From assembly GCA_950097015.1 (NCBI GenBank), contig CATNEN010000007.1, forward strand, positions 4,216,001 to 4,280,000: 64,000 nucleotides of DNA, read 5' to 3'. The position numbers and the translations under genes are program-made. Under the pieces are notes generated by a model, which saw only the letters and a list, made by a program, of their open reading frames with translations, was not told the DNA's origin and searched no databases. This document shows, in pieces, positions 1-11,160 of the stretch. This DNA comes from Macrostomum hystrix (Eukaryota > Animalia > Platyhelminthes). Numbering within the stretch: position 1 is the stretch's first letter; every line of letters begins with the position of its first letter.

Positions 1-44
1 TCAATACTAGCGAGACATATACTCCGTTCTTACTACAACATATA

Positions 45-1344
45 TGAGGGTCAGTCAAAAAGTAATGATAATACTGTTGTAATTCCTAAATATATGGTGC
101 ATCGAAGTGAAACTGGTTTCATTTGAAAAATAGTCTTTTCCTCTTTATTTAATAGAATTTTGGTCACTCTAGAATGATATATGTCTGCTTGGTGAAGCTC
201 TAAACACAGTATACCCCCTTCAGCCATGGAAAATTCAAAAATTGAAGCTCGCATCAATGCAAAGTTTCTAGTGAAACTTGGCTGGAAGCCAGCCGACATT
301 ATCGAGGCCTTCAAGAAGGTCTATGGTGATACTGCGCCATCTGATCCGACGCTTTACCGCTGGATTCAAGCCTTTAAGGAAGGCCGAGAATCCGTGGAAG
401 ATGCCCAGCGGTCTGGCAGGCCAACAACATCGAGCACAGAGGACAATGTGGCGGCTGTGCAGCAGCTGATTGATCAGGATTGCCGTGTGACTATCGATGA
501 GATAGCTGAGGTAGTGGGTATCTCTCATGGCAGTGCCCACTCGATTGTCACCATCAGCCTTGGTCTGAGCAAGCTGAGTGCCCGCTGGGTACTGCGGCTG
601 TTGCGGCCTGAACACCGGGTTCAGCGCACTGAATGTGCCATCAGCCTGCTGAACCGCCTGGACGCCAACTCCGAAGACTTCTACCAGCGATTGGTGACCG
701 GCGATGAAACATGGATATATCAGTACGATCCCGAGTCCAAAGTCCAGTCTAAGGAGTGGCTGCCACGTGGTTCAGCGGGTCCCAAGAAGTTCCGTGCCGA
801 GCGGTCAGCAGCGAAGGTCTTTGCGACTGTGTTCTGGGATGCTGACGGAGTTGTGATGGTTGACTTCCTAGAAAGCCAGAAAACCATCAACGCCATCTAC
901 TACGAGTCGCTTTTGCGAAAGCTCCGCACCGAACTGGCCAAAAAGCGACCTGGCAAGCTGCACCGTGGAGTGCTCTTCCACCACGACAATGCACCAGCCC
1001 ACACTTCTCGACTGTGCCGGGAGGCTCTGCGAGATTTCCGCTGGGAAATACTTCAGCATCCTCCGTACAGCCCTGATTTGGCTCCTTCAGACTTTTTTTT
1101 GTTTCCAAAGCTGAAGGAGGCGATCAAGGGAGTTCGACATGACAGCAAGGAGGCTGCCAAGAAGGCTACCGTACAGTGGCTTGCTGCGCAGCCTCCTGCC
1201 TTCTACATGAATGGCCTGGAGAGATGGCGACACCGCATGGAGAAGTGTCTGACCCTGGAGGGGGATTATGTAGAAAAGTAGATTTGTGCGTGAAGCTTGA
1301 AGCTCGTGACAATAATATTATCATTACTTTTTGACTGACCCTCG
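45..1344 (+). mobile_element. Tc1/mariner (mariner, DD34D) DNA transposon, full length, 1300 bp
   Basis: 29-bp TIRs at 45-73 (tgagggtcagtcaaaaagtaatgataata) and 1316-1344 (reverse complement cgagggtcagtcaaaaagtaatgataata; 1 terminal mismatch). TA target duplication at 43-44 and 1345-1346. Contains a single transposase ORF. Confidence 0.97.
226..1281 (+). CDS. Mariner transposase, 351 aa, uninterrupted
   Basis: N-terminal HTH region and WVLRLL linker (WVPHEL-like). Catalytic VTGDETW, HHDNAPAH and YSPDLAPSDFFLF, with 34 residues between the second and third Asp. Confidence 0.97.
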   Translation: MENSKIEARINAKFLVKLGWKPADIIEAFKKVYGDTAPSDPTLYRWIQAFKEGRESVEDAQRSGRPTTSSTEDNVAAVQQLIDQDCRVTIDEIAEVVGISHGSAHSIVTISLGLSKLSARWVLRLLRPEHRVQRTECAISLLNRLDANSEDFYQRLVTGDETWIYQYDPESKVQSKEWLPRGSAGPKKFRAERSAAKVFATVFWDADGVVMVDFLESQKTINAIYYESLLRKLRTELAKKRPGKLHRGVLFHHDNAPAHTSRLCREALRDFRWEILQHPPYSPDLAPSDFFLFPKLKEAIKGVRHDSKEAAKKATVQWLAAQPPAFYMNGLERWRHRMEKCLTLEGDYVEK

Positions 1345-1384
1345 TATATAAATCATCAACCTCATCTCTATATTTCAATCAAGA

Positions 1385-1900
1385 AAAGTGTCCAACAGTT
1401 TTTAAAATGTGTCTAACAGTTTTTTAATATTTTTAACAGTTTTCTAAATGTGTTAAACAGTTTTCTAAATGTATTTAACAGGTTTCTAGATGTGTTAAAC
1501 AGGTTTCTAGATGTGTTTAACAGGTTTCTAGATGTGTTTCACAGGTTTCTAAATGTGTTTAACAGTTTTCTGAATGAGTCTAATGGGTTTCTAAATTTGT
1601 TTAATATAGTTATGTAAATGTGTTTAACAGTTTTCTAAAAGTGTTTGACAGGTTTCTAAAAGTGTTTTAGCAGTTTTCAAAATTTGGTTAACAGTTTTCT
1701 AAGTGTGTTTAATAGTTTTCTAAATGTGTTACACAGGTTTCTAAATGTGTTTATCAGTTTTCTAAATGTGTTAAACAGTTTTCTAAATGTGTTAAATAGA
1801 TTTTTAAGGTGTAAATAGTTTTTGTAAATGTGTCCAAGAGTTTTCTAATGTGTTAAACAGTTTTTTAAATGTGTTTAATAATTTTCCAAATGATCCCAAA
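1385..1900. repeat. Degenerate AT-rich minisatellite, about 21-bp unit (aaatgtgtttaacagttttct)
   Basis: About 24 imperfect tandem copies read directly. Confidence 0.9.
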
Positions 1901-1969
1901 AGTTTCCCCACTTTTGTAAATGCGTCTAAAAATTTTTTAATTCATTTATTGGTTAAAAATTGTTATTTG

Positions 1970-2180
1970 ATGCTGGGGGAAATTAGTTCTCTGCTGCAGG
2001 GGGGAATTAGTTCTCTGCTGCTGGGGGGGGGGTTATTTCTCTGCTGCTGGGCAGAATTAGTTCTCTGCTGCTGAGGGGGGAATTAGTTCTCTGCTGCTGG
2101 GGGGGGAATTAGTTCTCTGCTGCTAGGGGCGGAATTAGTTCTTTGCTGCTGGGGGGAATTAGTTCTCTGTTGCTGGGGGG
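1970..2180. repeat. Minisatellite, about 24-bp unit (gggggaattagttctctgctgct)
   Basis: About 8 copies with variable G-run length. Confidence 0.9.
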
Positions 2181-2235
2181 ACCTTAGTGCATTAGCTGAG
2201 TTGTATCAAACATAAATAAAAATAATAATAATTGA

Positions 2236-2520
2236 TTACACCTGCCCCAATTGGGTCAGATGTGCAGCTGACAGCACAGCCACAGCTAATGCCCAGCGCA
2301 TCTGAAGGCTGCGTACAGCTGTTCAGTCCATGGACTGGGGGGACGTCACACCCACCTTCAATTATCCCAGCTGATGCTGGTACCCATTTAACAGCTGGGT
2401 GAACTGAAGCAATGCAGAGTTAAGTGTCTTGCTAAAGGATGCAAATTGTTCCAGTGGAGTCGGGATCAAACCCCAACCTTCAAGTCGTGAGTCCGACGCC
2501 CTAACCACTAGGCTACAACC
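2236..2520 (-). mobile_element. tRNA-derived SINE with CORE-like central domain, copy 1
   Basis: On the minus strand: A-box-like tagcctagtggtt, B-box-like ggtttgatccc, then a MIR/CORE-like segment (agcaagacacttaactctgcattgcttcagttcacccagctgttaaatggg). An (AAT)n tail lies at about 2212-2232. A closely similar copy is at 12994-13288. Confidence 0.8.
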
Positions 2521-2990
2521 TCTACAACCTTAAACATAAGTTACTTGTGTAATTTTGCCCCAATGGGGCTCTTGGTGTACAGACTGGATGTCTTAGAATG
2601 TATTCAAGCTTAGACTGACTATTTTTGTATTTAATGAGAATTCAAATTCTCTTTGATTTGCAATCAGGGAAATTAATACTGACAAAATGAGTTTACATTT
2701 TTGTTTGCTTTCAGGTGTGTTTTGTCCCTATGCATTGCACAAGATTTTTTGTCTGAACAGTAGTGCCCCCCAAGGCTTAGTGTGCTAGTTTTAACTACTA
2801 AACTCATGTCCACAGACACTTTTTTAGTGAAGCAAGTAGTTACAAATGTAATATTCTAATTTAAATATATGCAACACTTAGACATATGATTTGGTTGACT
2901 AGCACAGAGCTGCAGCAGAGGTGCATTTGCAGATTAAGGATGTACGGAAGTTTCCATAGTTGCAATTTGCAACTTGCGCTGACTATTTTG

Positions 2991-3966
2991 GGGTGCCAGT
3001 CAATTCGGCGACAGGTTAATTCGGCGACAACCAATTAGGCGACAAGTCAGTTCGGCGACAACCAATTCGGCGACAAGTATAGATTAAAAACTGAAAAAGC
3101 CCTTTCGAAAACTACCTGCTTGCTACACAAGATAGAAATAAATAAAGTAAAACAAATTCGTGGGTTTATTCCCATTTTTGCTTTATTTGTGCGGAAGTGT
3201 GTGCGGAAAAATTCACATTCTTTGAAGTTTAGCCATTCTTTGAATGGCTAAATGTACATTGTTTACAATTTTACGACGCTTTCACTACGCTTTCACTAAT
3301 TTTGGATGACACAATGATTTAAATTAACGAATCATTTCTTTGAGTCTCTACTATTAAGTAGAGTATATTGGAACACAGGTTATTTTTTCGTGCATGTATC
3401 TGATAATAAGGCTAGTGATAGTGTACAGACCGTACATGTTGAGCTTGCACATTTTAACAGCTTTTTATCGTACAGTAGTACTATTTACATACATATGGTA
3501 TGTAAGCTCTCGATGAGGCTCTCGATGTTTTTATGCGTTTTTACTTTTGCGTGATGACAAATACATCTCGAATTGCTCGCTCACAAAAATAATTTATGCG
3601 TCGATCCGTTTGTATGTATAGTCTAAGTGAAAACAAGGACTACTCAAGTAACGTATATATAACGTATATATATAACGTTAAGTAGTCCTTGAGTGAAAAC
3701 AGGAGCTCGGAAAGGAGCATTACTTTTTACCTAATTACAACGACACTCAGTCCGACGAGATTGGAGAATAATTATACCCAAATTATAGTAATACTCAAAC
3801 AAAAACGAATAAATTTCCAGAGAATTAGTCACTGATACAAGTGACAATCAAAATAATTTCTTGCAGAACACTACTATTCGCAGTCGCCGAATTGACTGTC
3901 GCCGAATTGACTTGTCGCCGAATTGGTTGTAGCCGAGTTGGACTGTCGCCGAATTAACTGGAAGCC
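2991..3966. mobile_element. Non-autonomous foldback-like TIR transposon with arrayed subterminal repeats and 8-bp TSD
   Basis: Termini gggtgccagtcaattcggcgacag and the reverse complement ggcttccagttaattcggcgacag. Each end has five about 15-bp aattcggcgaca units, inverted relative to the other end. The identical flank ctattttg occurs at 2983-2990 and 3967-3974. No transposase ORF. Confidence 0.88.
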
Positions 3967-5671
3967 CTATTTTGTTCACTAATGTTTCGTTCTAACTTTG
4001 GATTATAACATGCAAAAAGTGGGCATGTACATTGGTGTATAACATGTTAGAAGTTGTGTTAATGCTAAAATTTGGCATGTACATCAGTTTATAACATGTT
4101 AGATCATTAGATGTTGCGTTAATACCTACTTTAACCTTGAAGTAATCCTAATAGAAAGCCCCTTACTAGCAGTGTAGCAATAAGAAAAATACCTGCTTTT
4201 TAACTAGCTATTTGTATAGACTATAGTTTAGTTAGGCTAGCTATAGGTAATATTAACAATTTGTATAGCTCGCTAGCAATATAAATATAATTTCTTGTTA
4301 TTTCTTTAATTATTTCTTGGAGTAAACATTTTACACGCCACATCGAACATGTTATAGATCGATGCAAATGCGTCCTTTTGCATGTTATATCGCGATGTTA
4401 GAACGAAAAAGATCCATGAATTTTGTTCAAAAACTCCCCCATTTAAATTTTTCGTGTTGATTAGTATAACACACTTGCAGACTGAACTTTTAACAAACAA
4501 ATTTATTGATTTCCTAATTGAGTTAAGATTGCAAAAAAGTTTTTTAGAATTATATATATATAATAGATGCCACATCCTTAACTTTTGTTTGGTTAGGTTA
4601 TTATACGATTTTTATTTTTTCTTAGATATCTATTCACGACTATATATAGCTTTCTATCATCTAAATCACATATATGTGTATTTAAATGCAAATGGTATGA
4701 TTTTATCATTATAATCTTTCGCAAAATTTTAATTTGTCACAGATTGATTTATATTATAATCCTGCAAATACAATACCTGGATTGGCTTAACAGGCTGCTT
4801 GCCTGCACCAAAATATTTGGTGCTTTTGTACTATTACAACTACACACTTGTTTTCTGCATGCATTCAAATACATTAGTCATAACTTGCATGCATTCTGCA
4901 TACAATAACAAGTTTAATATTTATTTAATTTAAAATTAAAAAATGTAACAAATGGGTAAAATTTAGAACTGCTATTATTATTTAGTAGCTTATGAGTTAT
5001 GACTATATATGTATCTATGGAGGAAGTGCTTAGTTGTATTTGTACACTTGTACATATTCAGTTATATATGTATGTTCATTCCTTGCTCACCTCTTGCAAA
5101 CCAGCCTACCTATCATATTTTTATATTGAATGAATAATAATGTTAACTCTCATTAAGAATCATTATGCAATGATAAGTGAGAAAGTATCTAATTTATTGA
5201 TTAGCATAAAGGGGGTTTGACAATGTTTGCAATGTATGATGAGAAGGTAATATTTTATAAATAAAGTAAACTGTGATGGGGAAATTTTGTCATATAAGCT
5301 TTCAATGCCATATTATTTATTTGCCAGGTTAGCTAGCCTAAGTTAGATGTTTGCATTACATATTTATAATAAATAATTTTGTTATCTTCTCAGAACTTGA
5401 ACTAATAAACTAACTATTATCTAGGCATAGCTATTATTGGTTAGAACTTTTTAGTAGTGATAATTGTTTATGATTATTAATGATATTTTTCCTAGTCACT
5501 ACAGAGTGACATGCTTTCTTTATACTTGTTACAACCCTAAAACCTTTGGATTTAAATATTACTATTAGCATTGTATAATTATTTTCACTCACTCATGGAG
5601 CCAGTTATTAAAAGTGAATTAAACAAACCTAATTACAGTTAGAAAATAGCCATTGTGTTTAGAAAAACATA

Positions 5672-8600
5672 ATGAATGATTTGGTTCTCATTGGCTATTC
5701 AGACTTGGAGTTTTATGAATTGCTTGGGCGTGGCGCCAAAGGAAGTGTCTATAGGGCCAAGTGGATCAGTGCCGATCGCATTGTGGCTGTCAAAAGGCTG
5801 CTGGATCTGGACTTGACTGAGGTGAGTTTTGGGCATCATTCAGCTTAGCTCTTATAATTCCATTCTTGTTTTGCTTTTTCTTCTTGTCCATGTAAATAGA
5901 TAACTAAAAAACTAAAAAAAACAATTGCACAGCTGTGGCACACCTTGCAAAGACTGTACAGCTGTTCAGTCCATGGACTGGAGGGGCCGCTACACTGAGC
6001 CAGACTTCTACCCGAGCTGATGCTGGTAGCCTGGTGCCTATTCTAAAACTGAGTGAACTGAAGCACTAGAAAATTAATTGACTTGCTCAAGGACACGAAT
6101 AATTATTTAGGAGTGAGAACGAACCCCCAACCTCTCGGTCAAAAGTCTGAAGCTTTTTGGGCTACAACTACAAGCTGCAAGTCAAGTCATTTTTAGGTCC
6201 CTCAGGTCACCAATGTCCCTCCTAAGTTCGATTCCACGGCGAGGCTACATTTTTTTGGGGCGCAGCCGTGGGGAGAAAGCTTGGGGGGCTTGTCTTGCAA
6301 ATTACGCCCTTGAGGGCCAACCCCAACTCACAGTGAGTGTACACTGCCTGATGATGAGAAAGTCAGCGCATATGTACACACCTGTGCTCAGGAGTCAGAG
6401 AAATGGGCAGAATTGCCTCCATGCTGGCTGTAGGTCTATTGTCAGCAAATCATATACCATTTCACACTGCCCTCCTGCAAATATTTATTCGCCCAAACTC
6501 AACGAATCGTTGCTTCTCAGGCTCGCATCCTGAGCCAAGTGAAGCACAAGAATGTTATCAGCTTTATTGGCGCCGTTTCGGAGCGGCCGAACTACTGTGT
6601 GGTTTCTGAGCTGGCCGACCTTGGCTGCCTGTTTGACTATCTGCACGATCCGGAGAAGCGGCTGGACTTCGCTGGCATACTGGCTTGGGCCAAGTGAGAC
6701 TTTCTCACCCGTCTTCTGAATTTCTTATCTTATTCACTTGCATCTGTTTTAGTCTATTCTGTGTTTAGAGGAAATATTTTAGACCAGCGGGTTGAAGCAG
6801 GGATCGGCATCCTACGGCGCGCGGGCCAGATGCAGCCCTCGAAGCTCATCTTGTCTCATCTCTCCCTTGCCTCATCTCTCCCTTGCCTCATCTCTCCCTT
6901 GCCTCATCTCTCCCTTGCCTCATCTCTCCCTTGCCTCATCTTTCCCATGCCTCATCTCTCCCTTGCCTCATCTCTCCCTTGCCTCATCTCTCCCTTGCCT
7001 CATCTCTCCCTTGCCTCATCTTTCCCATGCCTCATCTCTCCCTTGCCTCATCTCTCCCTTGCCTCAACTCTCCCTTGCCTCAACTCTCCCTTGCCTCATC
7101 TCTACCTTGCCTCATCTCTCCTCAGTCTCATCTCTCCCGTCTCATCTGTCCCTTGCCTCATCTCTCCCCTGTCTTTTCTCTCCCGTGTGTCATCTCTGAC
7201 AATGCCTTAGCCAATAGAATTTAACAGACAAATGTTCTAAGATGGAGAAGTCTCCAGCCTTGGTCCGCCCGCCCGCCCGCCAGGCAGATCGCCAGCGGCA
7301 TGAAGTACCTGCACGAGGAGGCGCCAGTCAGCATTATCCACCGCGATCTAAAATCCAAGAACATTGTCATCAGCTCGGCTGGGCGGCAGTGCAAAATCTG
7401 CGACTTTGGCAGTTCGAAAACTGTCGTAGTCAGCGATAGTCACGTGACCCTGGCCGGCACCCCGGCCTGGATGGCCGTTGAGCTGATGATCGCTGACAAG
7501 CCGGCTACAAAGTACTGCGACAGCTGGAGCTACGGCGTAGTGCTGTGGGAGCTGCTGACTCGCGAGTTGCCATTCCGCGGCCTGGAGCCGATGCAGATCA
7601 TGTACGTTGTGGTGAAGGATGGCGAGCGGCTGCCCATCCCGGCCAGCTGTCCTGCCGAGCTGGCCAACTTGATGCGCAGCTGCTGGGCCGTTGAGCCGTT
7701 TAGCAGGCCGACTTGCGGCGAGGTGCTGAAGCGACTGCGCCAGTTCGACGGAGACAACAGCCTGCAGTCGGCCACCGCGGAGTTCCTGCAGCAGCGCCGG
7801 GCCTGGCAGGAGGAGATCCAGTCGGCGCTGGGCCAGATGCAGCGCCTGGAGTCTCAGCTGATCGAGGCCCGACTGAGAAACTGCCTGGCCAATCAGCGCA
7901 GCCAGGCCGTTAACAACCTCAGGATTCTGCGGCTCGAGGTGCGGCTGGGATTCCTGGGAGAACAGATAAGGGATTTGGGTCAGAGATGGGACTCAGGTCA
8001 GAGATGGGACTCAGGTCAGAGATGGGACTCAGGTCAGTGATGGTACTCAGGTCAGTGATGGGACTCAGGTCAGTGATGGTACTCAGGTCAGTGATGGGAC
8101 TCAGGTCAGAGATGGGACTCAGGTCAGTGATGGGACTCAGGTCAGAGATGGGACTCAGGTCAGTTGGGACTCAGGTCAGTTGGGACTCAGGTCAGTGATG
8201 GGACTCAGGTCAGAGATGGGACTCAGGTCAGTTGGGACTCAGGTCAGTTGGGACTCAGGTCAGTGATGGGACTCAGGTCAGAGATGGGACACGGATCAGA
8301 TCGCAAGCATCAAATCCCTCAGCAATACGACGTGAACGCCTGGCGTGAAATCGACGTCTCCCTCTGGCTGCGGCATCACACATCGGCCGCCGCGCCCGAC
8401 CTCAGCCCGTGTTGCCTAGCCGGCTACGCGGAGCTGCTCATGCAGCACAACATCACCGGCGAGCGCTTCCTTCGCCTGGTTGACCACGACCTGCAGCAAA
8501 TGGGCGTGGCCACCGCTAGCCACCGGGCCAGCCTTCTCCGTCTGGTTGGCCAGCTTCAGAAGCACAACTACAACTACAGGCAGTACCCGCCGCTGAGCCT

Positions 8601-10164
8601 CACCGCCGCTCTGACCGCCACCACCACCGCGTCTCCAGCCAGTCCGGTGGTTGCCAGGTCCGCCGCAGCTGCCTCCGCGTCAGCACTCGCCTCGCCGTCG
8701 GTGTCAGTGGTCTCGGCTGCAGCGGCAGCCGCCTTCCGACCCGTGAGCAGCCCGTGGGAAGTCAGGAGTACTTAAACATCCATGGGATGACTATCTCCCA
8801 AAGTAGTCAGAGATCTTTGGGGTTTATCTTCCTGTGTACTCAGAAATCTATGGGATCTTATCTTCCTGTGTACTCAGAAATCTATGGGATCTTATCTTCC
8901 TGTGTACTCAGAAATCAATGGGATCTAATCTTACTGTGTACTCAGAAATCTATGGGATCTTATATTCTATCTGTGGGATCAATCATATTTTAGTGTACTG
9001 AAAGATCTACGGGATAAGTATCCGCGAGGGTACTTAGCTACGATAAGAGGTGTATCCTCCAATTCACTGATTTTGCACCTGTCGCCCAACTCTGTCAGGT
9101 GCGCCTTTCCTTCATTGTCAACCGACTAAGCCGGCCCGACGGCTCCTGGAAGCTCTGTGTGGAGATCGAACCGTCGACCGTCCTAGACGAGGACACTGGG
9201 GAGAACTCGTTCGAGGCGTCCTGCCAGCCCGCTGTGTCCGTGGACATCGATTCAGTCTCGGCTCTGGTTTATCGAAAACCGACCGCAAACGAGTTCGGCC
9301 ACTTCTCGGGTCTCAGTTACGGCGAGGTCGACGGCGAGATCAACGGAGATTTTCCAGCCGACGAGTCGGCGATGGTCGGCGTCGGCTACAGCTACGTCAT
9401 GGCCGACTGGCTGGGCGCCGACAGCCGCGACCGGCCAGCCAGGCTGCGAGTTCAACTGCAGGTTGGGACTTTTGGTACCTTAAAGTTGAGGCTAAACACT
9501 CAACTTACTCATAGAAACCGCCTCCCACCAGGCCTATCCGCCCGAGCTGGACATTTCCCTGACCCCCTGGACTGTCCCCGACGACGCCAATCACCGCGCC
9601 GGAGTCTGCCAGCTGGTCACTCGCCAGGTGCAGGTCCGACAGCCGACTGGCCCGCCCGGACTGTCAGACGAGGATCTGCACTATCACACGGCCGGCGGCA
9701 GCGGCGGCGAAGGCTTCGATGCCAACTCGGCGCCCAAGATTGCTCACCACGTTGTGCCGGTGTCGGCGCCGGCAACCCCGTCGGCGGCGTCGGCCTCTGG
9801 CGTCGACCATCGGCCGACATTTGCCGACATGGTCAAGAGGGCCGGAGCCGCAGCGCCTGCTGCCGCCGCCGCAGCCGCTCCTTCAACTCAAACTGCCGCC
9901 GCTTCCAGTTCAAACGGCGCCTACGGTGGCAGAGGCCGCGGCGGTGGCGCCACCGTCGGTGGTGCCGGCGGCTATCGACGCTGCGAAAGCTCGGACTACA
10001 ACAGCTACCGGCCCAGGCGCTACCAGCAGCACCCGCCGCACTTCTCTGCTTCCGGAGCACCCAGGCATCGGCGACTTAGCGACATTGTTGGCAGGGGAGG
10101 CGGTAACAGCGGCGGCGACAGCGCGCCTCGCATTCGGCGAAGTGTGACTCAAGGGTTTTCTTAA
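5672..10164 (+). CDS. MAP3K20: ZAKalpha/MAP3K20-type kinase, about 797 aa; exons 5672-5821, 6521-6693, 7284-7938, 8323-8742, 9099-9461, 9532-10164
   Basis: Kinase motifs GRGAKGSVYRAKW, VAVK, HRDLKSKN, CDFG and DSWSYGVVLWELLTRELPF; leucine zipper WQEEIQSALGQMQRLE; SAM domain (NAWREIDV...NITGERFL...YPPL); C-terminal extension. Domain order and the SVYRAKWIS/EAPV motifs match ZAK. All introns are GT-AG with consistent phases; the exon 4 donor is the least certain. Confidence 0.85.
5955..6170 (-). mobile_element. SINE copy 3, diverged and partial, in kinase intron 1
   Basis: Shares tacagctgttcagtccatggactgg, agctgatgctggta, gtgaactgaagc, cttgctcaagga and gaacccccaacc with copies 1 and 2. Confidence 0.7.
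6848..7200. repeat. 16-bp minisatellite (gcctcatctctccctt) in kinase intron 2
   Basis: About 21 copies; explains the spurious ORFs at 6761-7224. Confidence 0.93.
7965..8292. repeat. 18-bp (variant 16-bp) minisatellite (gatgggactcaggtcaga) filling kinase intron 3
   Basis: About 18 copies between the donor at 7939 and the acceptor at 8322. Confidence 0.93.
8776..9010. repeat. 34-bp minisatellite (atgggatcttatcttcctgtgtactcagaaatct) in kinase intron 4
   Basis: About 6 copies; period 34 measured (8831 to 8865). Confidence 0.88.
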
Positions 10165-10232
10165 AGAAAAAACTGCTTTTGGAGCAGCCGAATTTCTGTG
10201 ACAGCTGGCAAGTTATGTGGCAACTAGATAGC

Positions 10233-11160
10233 TAAGGAAAATCCCTAGTTCAGCCATATAGATGAGGGAAATCCCTAGTTCAGCCAGATACATGAGGGAA
10301 ATCCCTAGTACAGCCATATAGATTAATTAATTTCCTAGTTCAGCCATATATATTAGGGAAATCCCTTGTTCAGCCAGAGAGATGAGGGAAATCCCTTGTT
10401 CAGCCAGAGAGATGAGAGAAATCCCTTGTTCAGCCAGAGAGATGAGGGAAATCCCTTGTTCAGCCAGAGAGATGAGGGAAATCCCTTGTTCAGCCAGAGA
10501 GATGAGGGAAATCCCTTGTTCAGCCAGAGAGATGAGGGAAATCCCTTGTTTAGCCAGTGAGATTAGGGAAATCCCTAATTCAGCCAGATAGATTAGGGAA
10601 ATCCCTAATTCAGCCAGATAGATAAGGGAAATCCCTAGATCAGCCAGATAGATAAGGGAAATCCCTAATTCAGCCAGATATATAAGGGAAATCCCTAGAT
10701 CAGCCAGATAGATAAGGGAAATCCCTAATTCAGCCAGATAGATAAGGGAAATCCCTAGATCAGCCAGATAGATAAGGGAAATCCCTAGATCAGCCAGATA
10801 GATAAGGGAAATCCCTAATTCAGCCAGATATATAAGGGAAATCCCTAGATCAGCCAGATAGATAAGGGAAATCCCTAATTCAGCCAGATAGATAAGGGAA
10901 ATCCCTAGATCAGCCAGATAGATAAGGGAAATCCCTAGATCAGCCAGATAGATAAGGGAAATCCCTAGATCAGCCAGATAGATAAGGGAAATCCCTAGAT
11001 CAGCCAGATAGATAAGGGAAATCCCTAGATCAGCCAGATAGATAAGGGAAATCCCTAGATCAGCCAGATAGATAAGGGAAATCCCTAATTCAGCCAGATA
11101 GATAAGGGAAATCCCTAATTCAGCCTGATAGATAAGGGAAATCCCTAATTCAGCCTGATA
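10233..11160. repeat. 30-bp minisatellite (agggaaatccctagatcagccagatagata) starting about 70 bp after the kinase stop
   Basis: About 31 copies with a gradient of variants. Confidence 0.95.

Noticed and set aside
2440-2520. tRNA gene
   Set aside because: The A/B boxes belong to the SINE head; no complete cloverleaf, and the sequence continues into the shared SINE body.
3995-4130. p53-like half-sites (gggcatgtac, taacatgtta) in a short two-copy duplication of about 60 bp
   Set aside because: Half-sites are imperfect and not arranged as adjacent pairs; AT-rich background.
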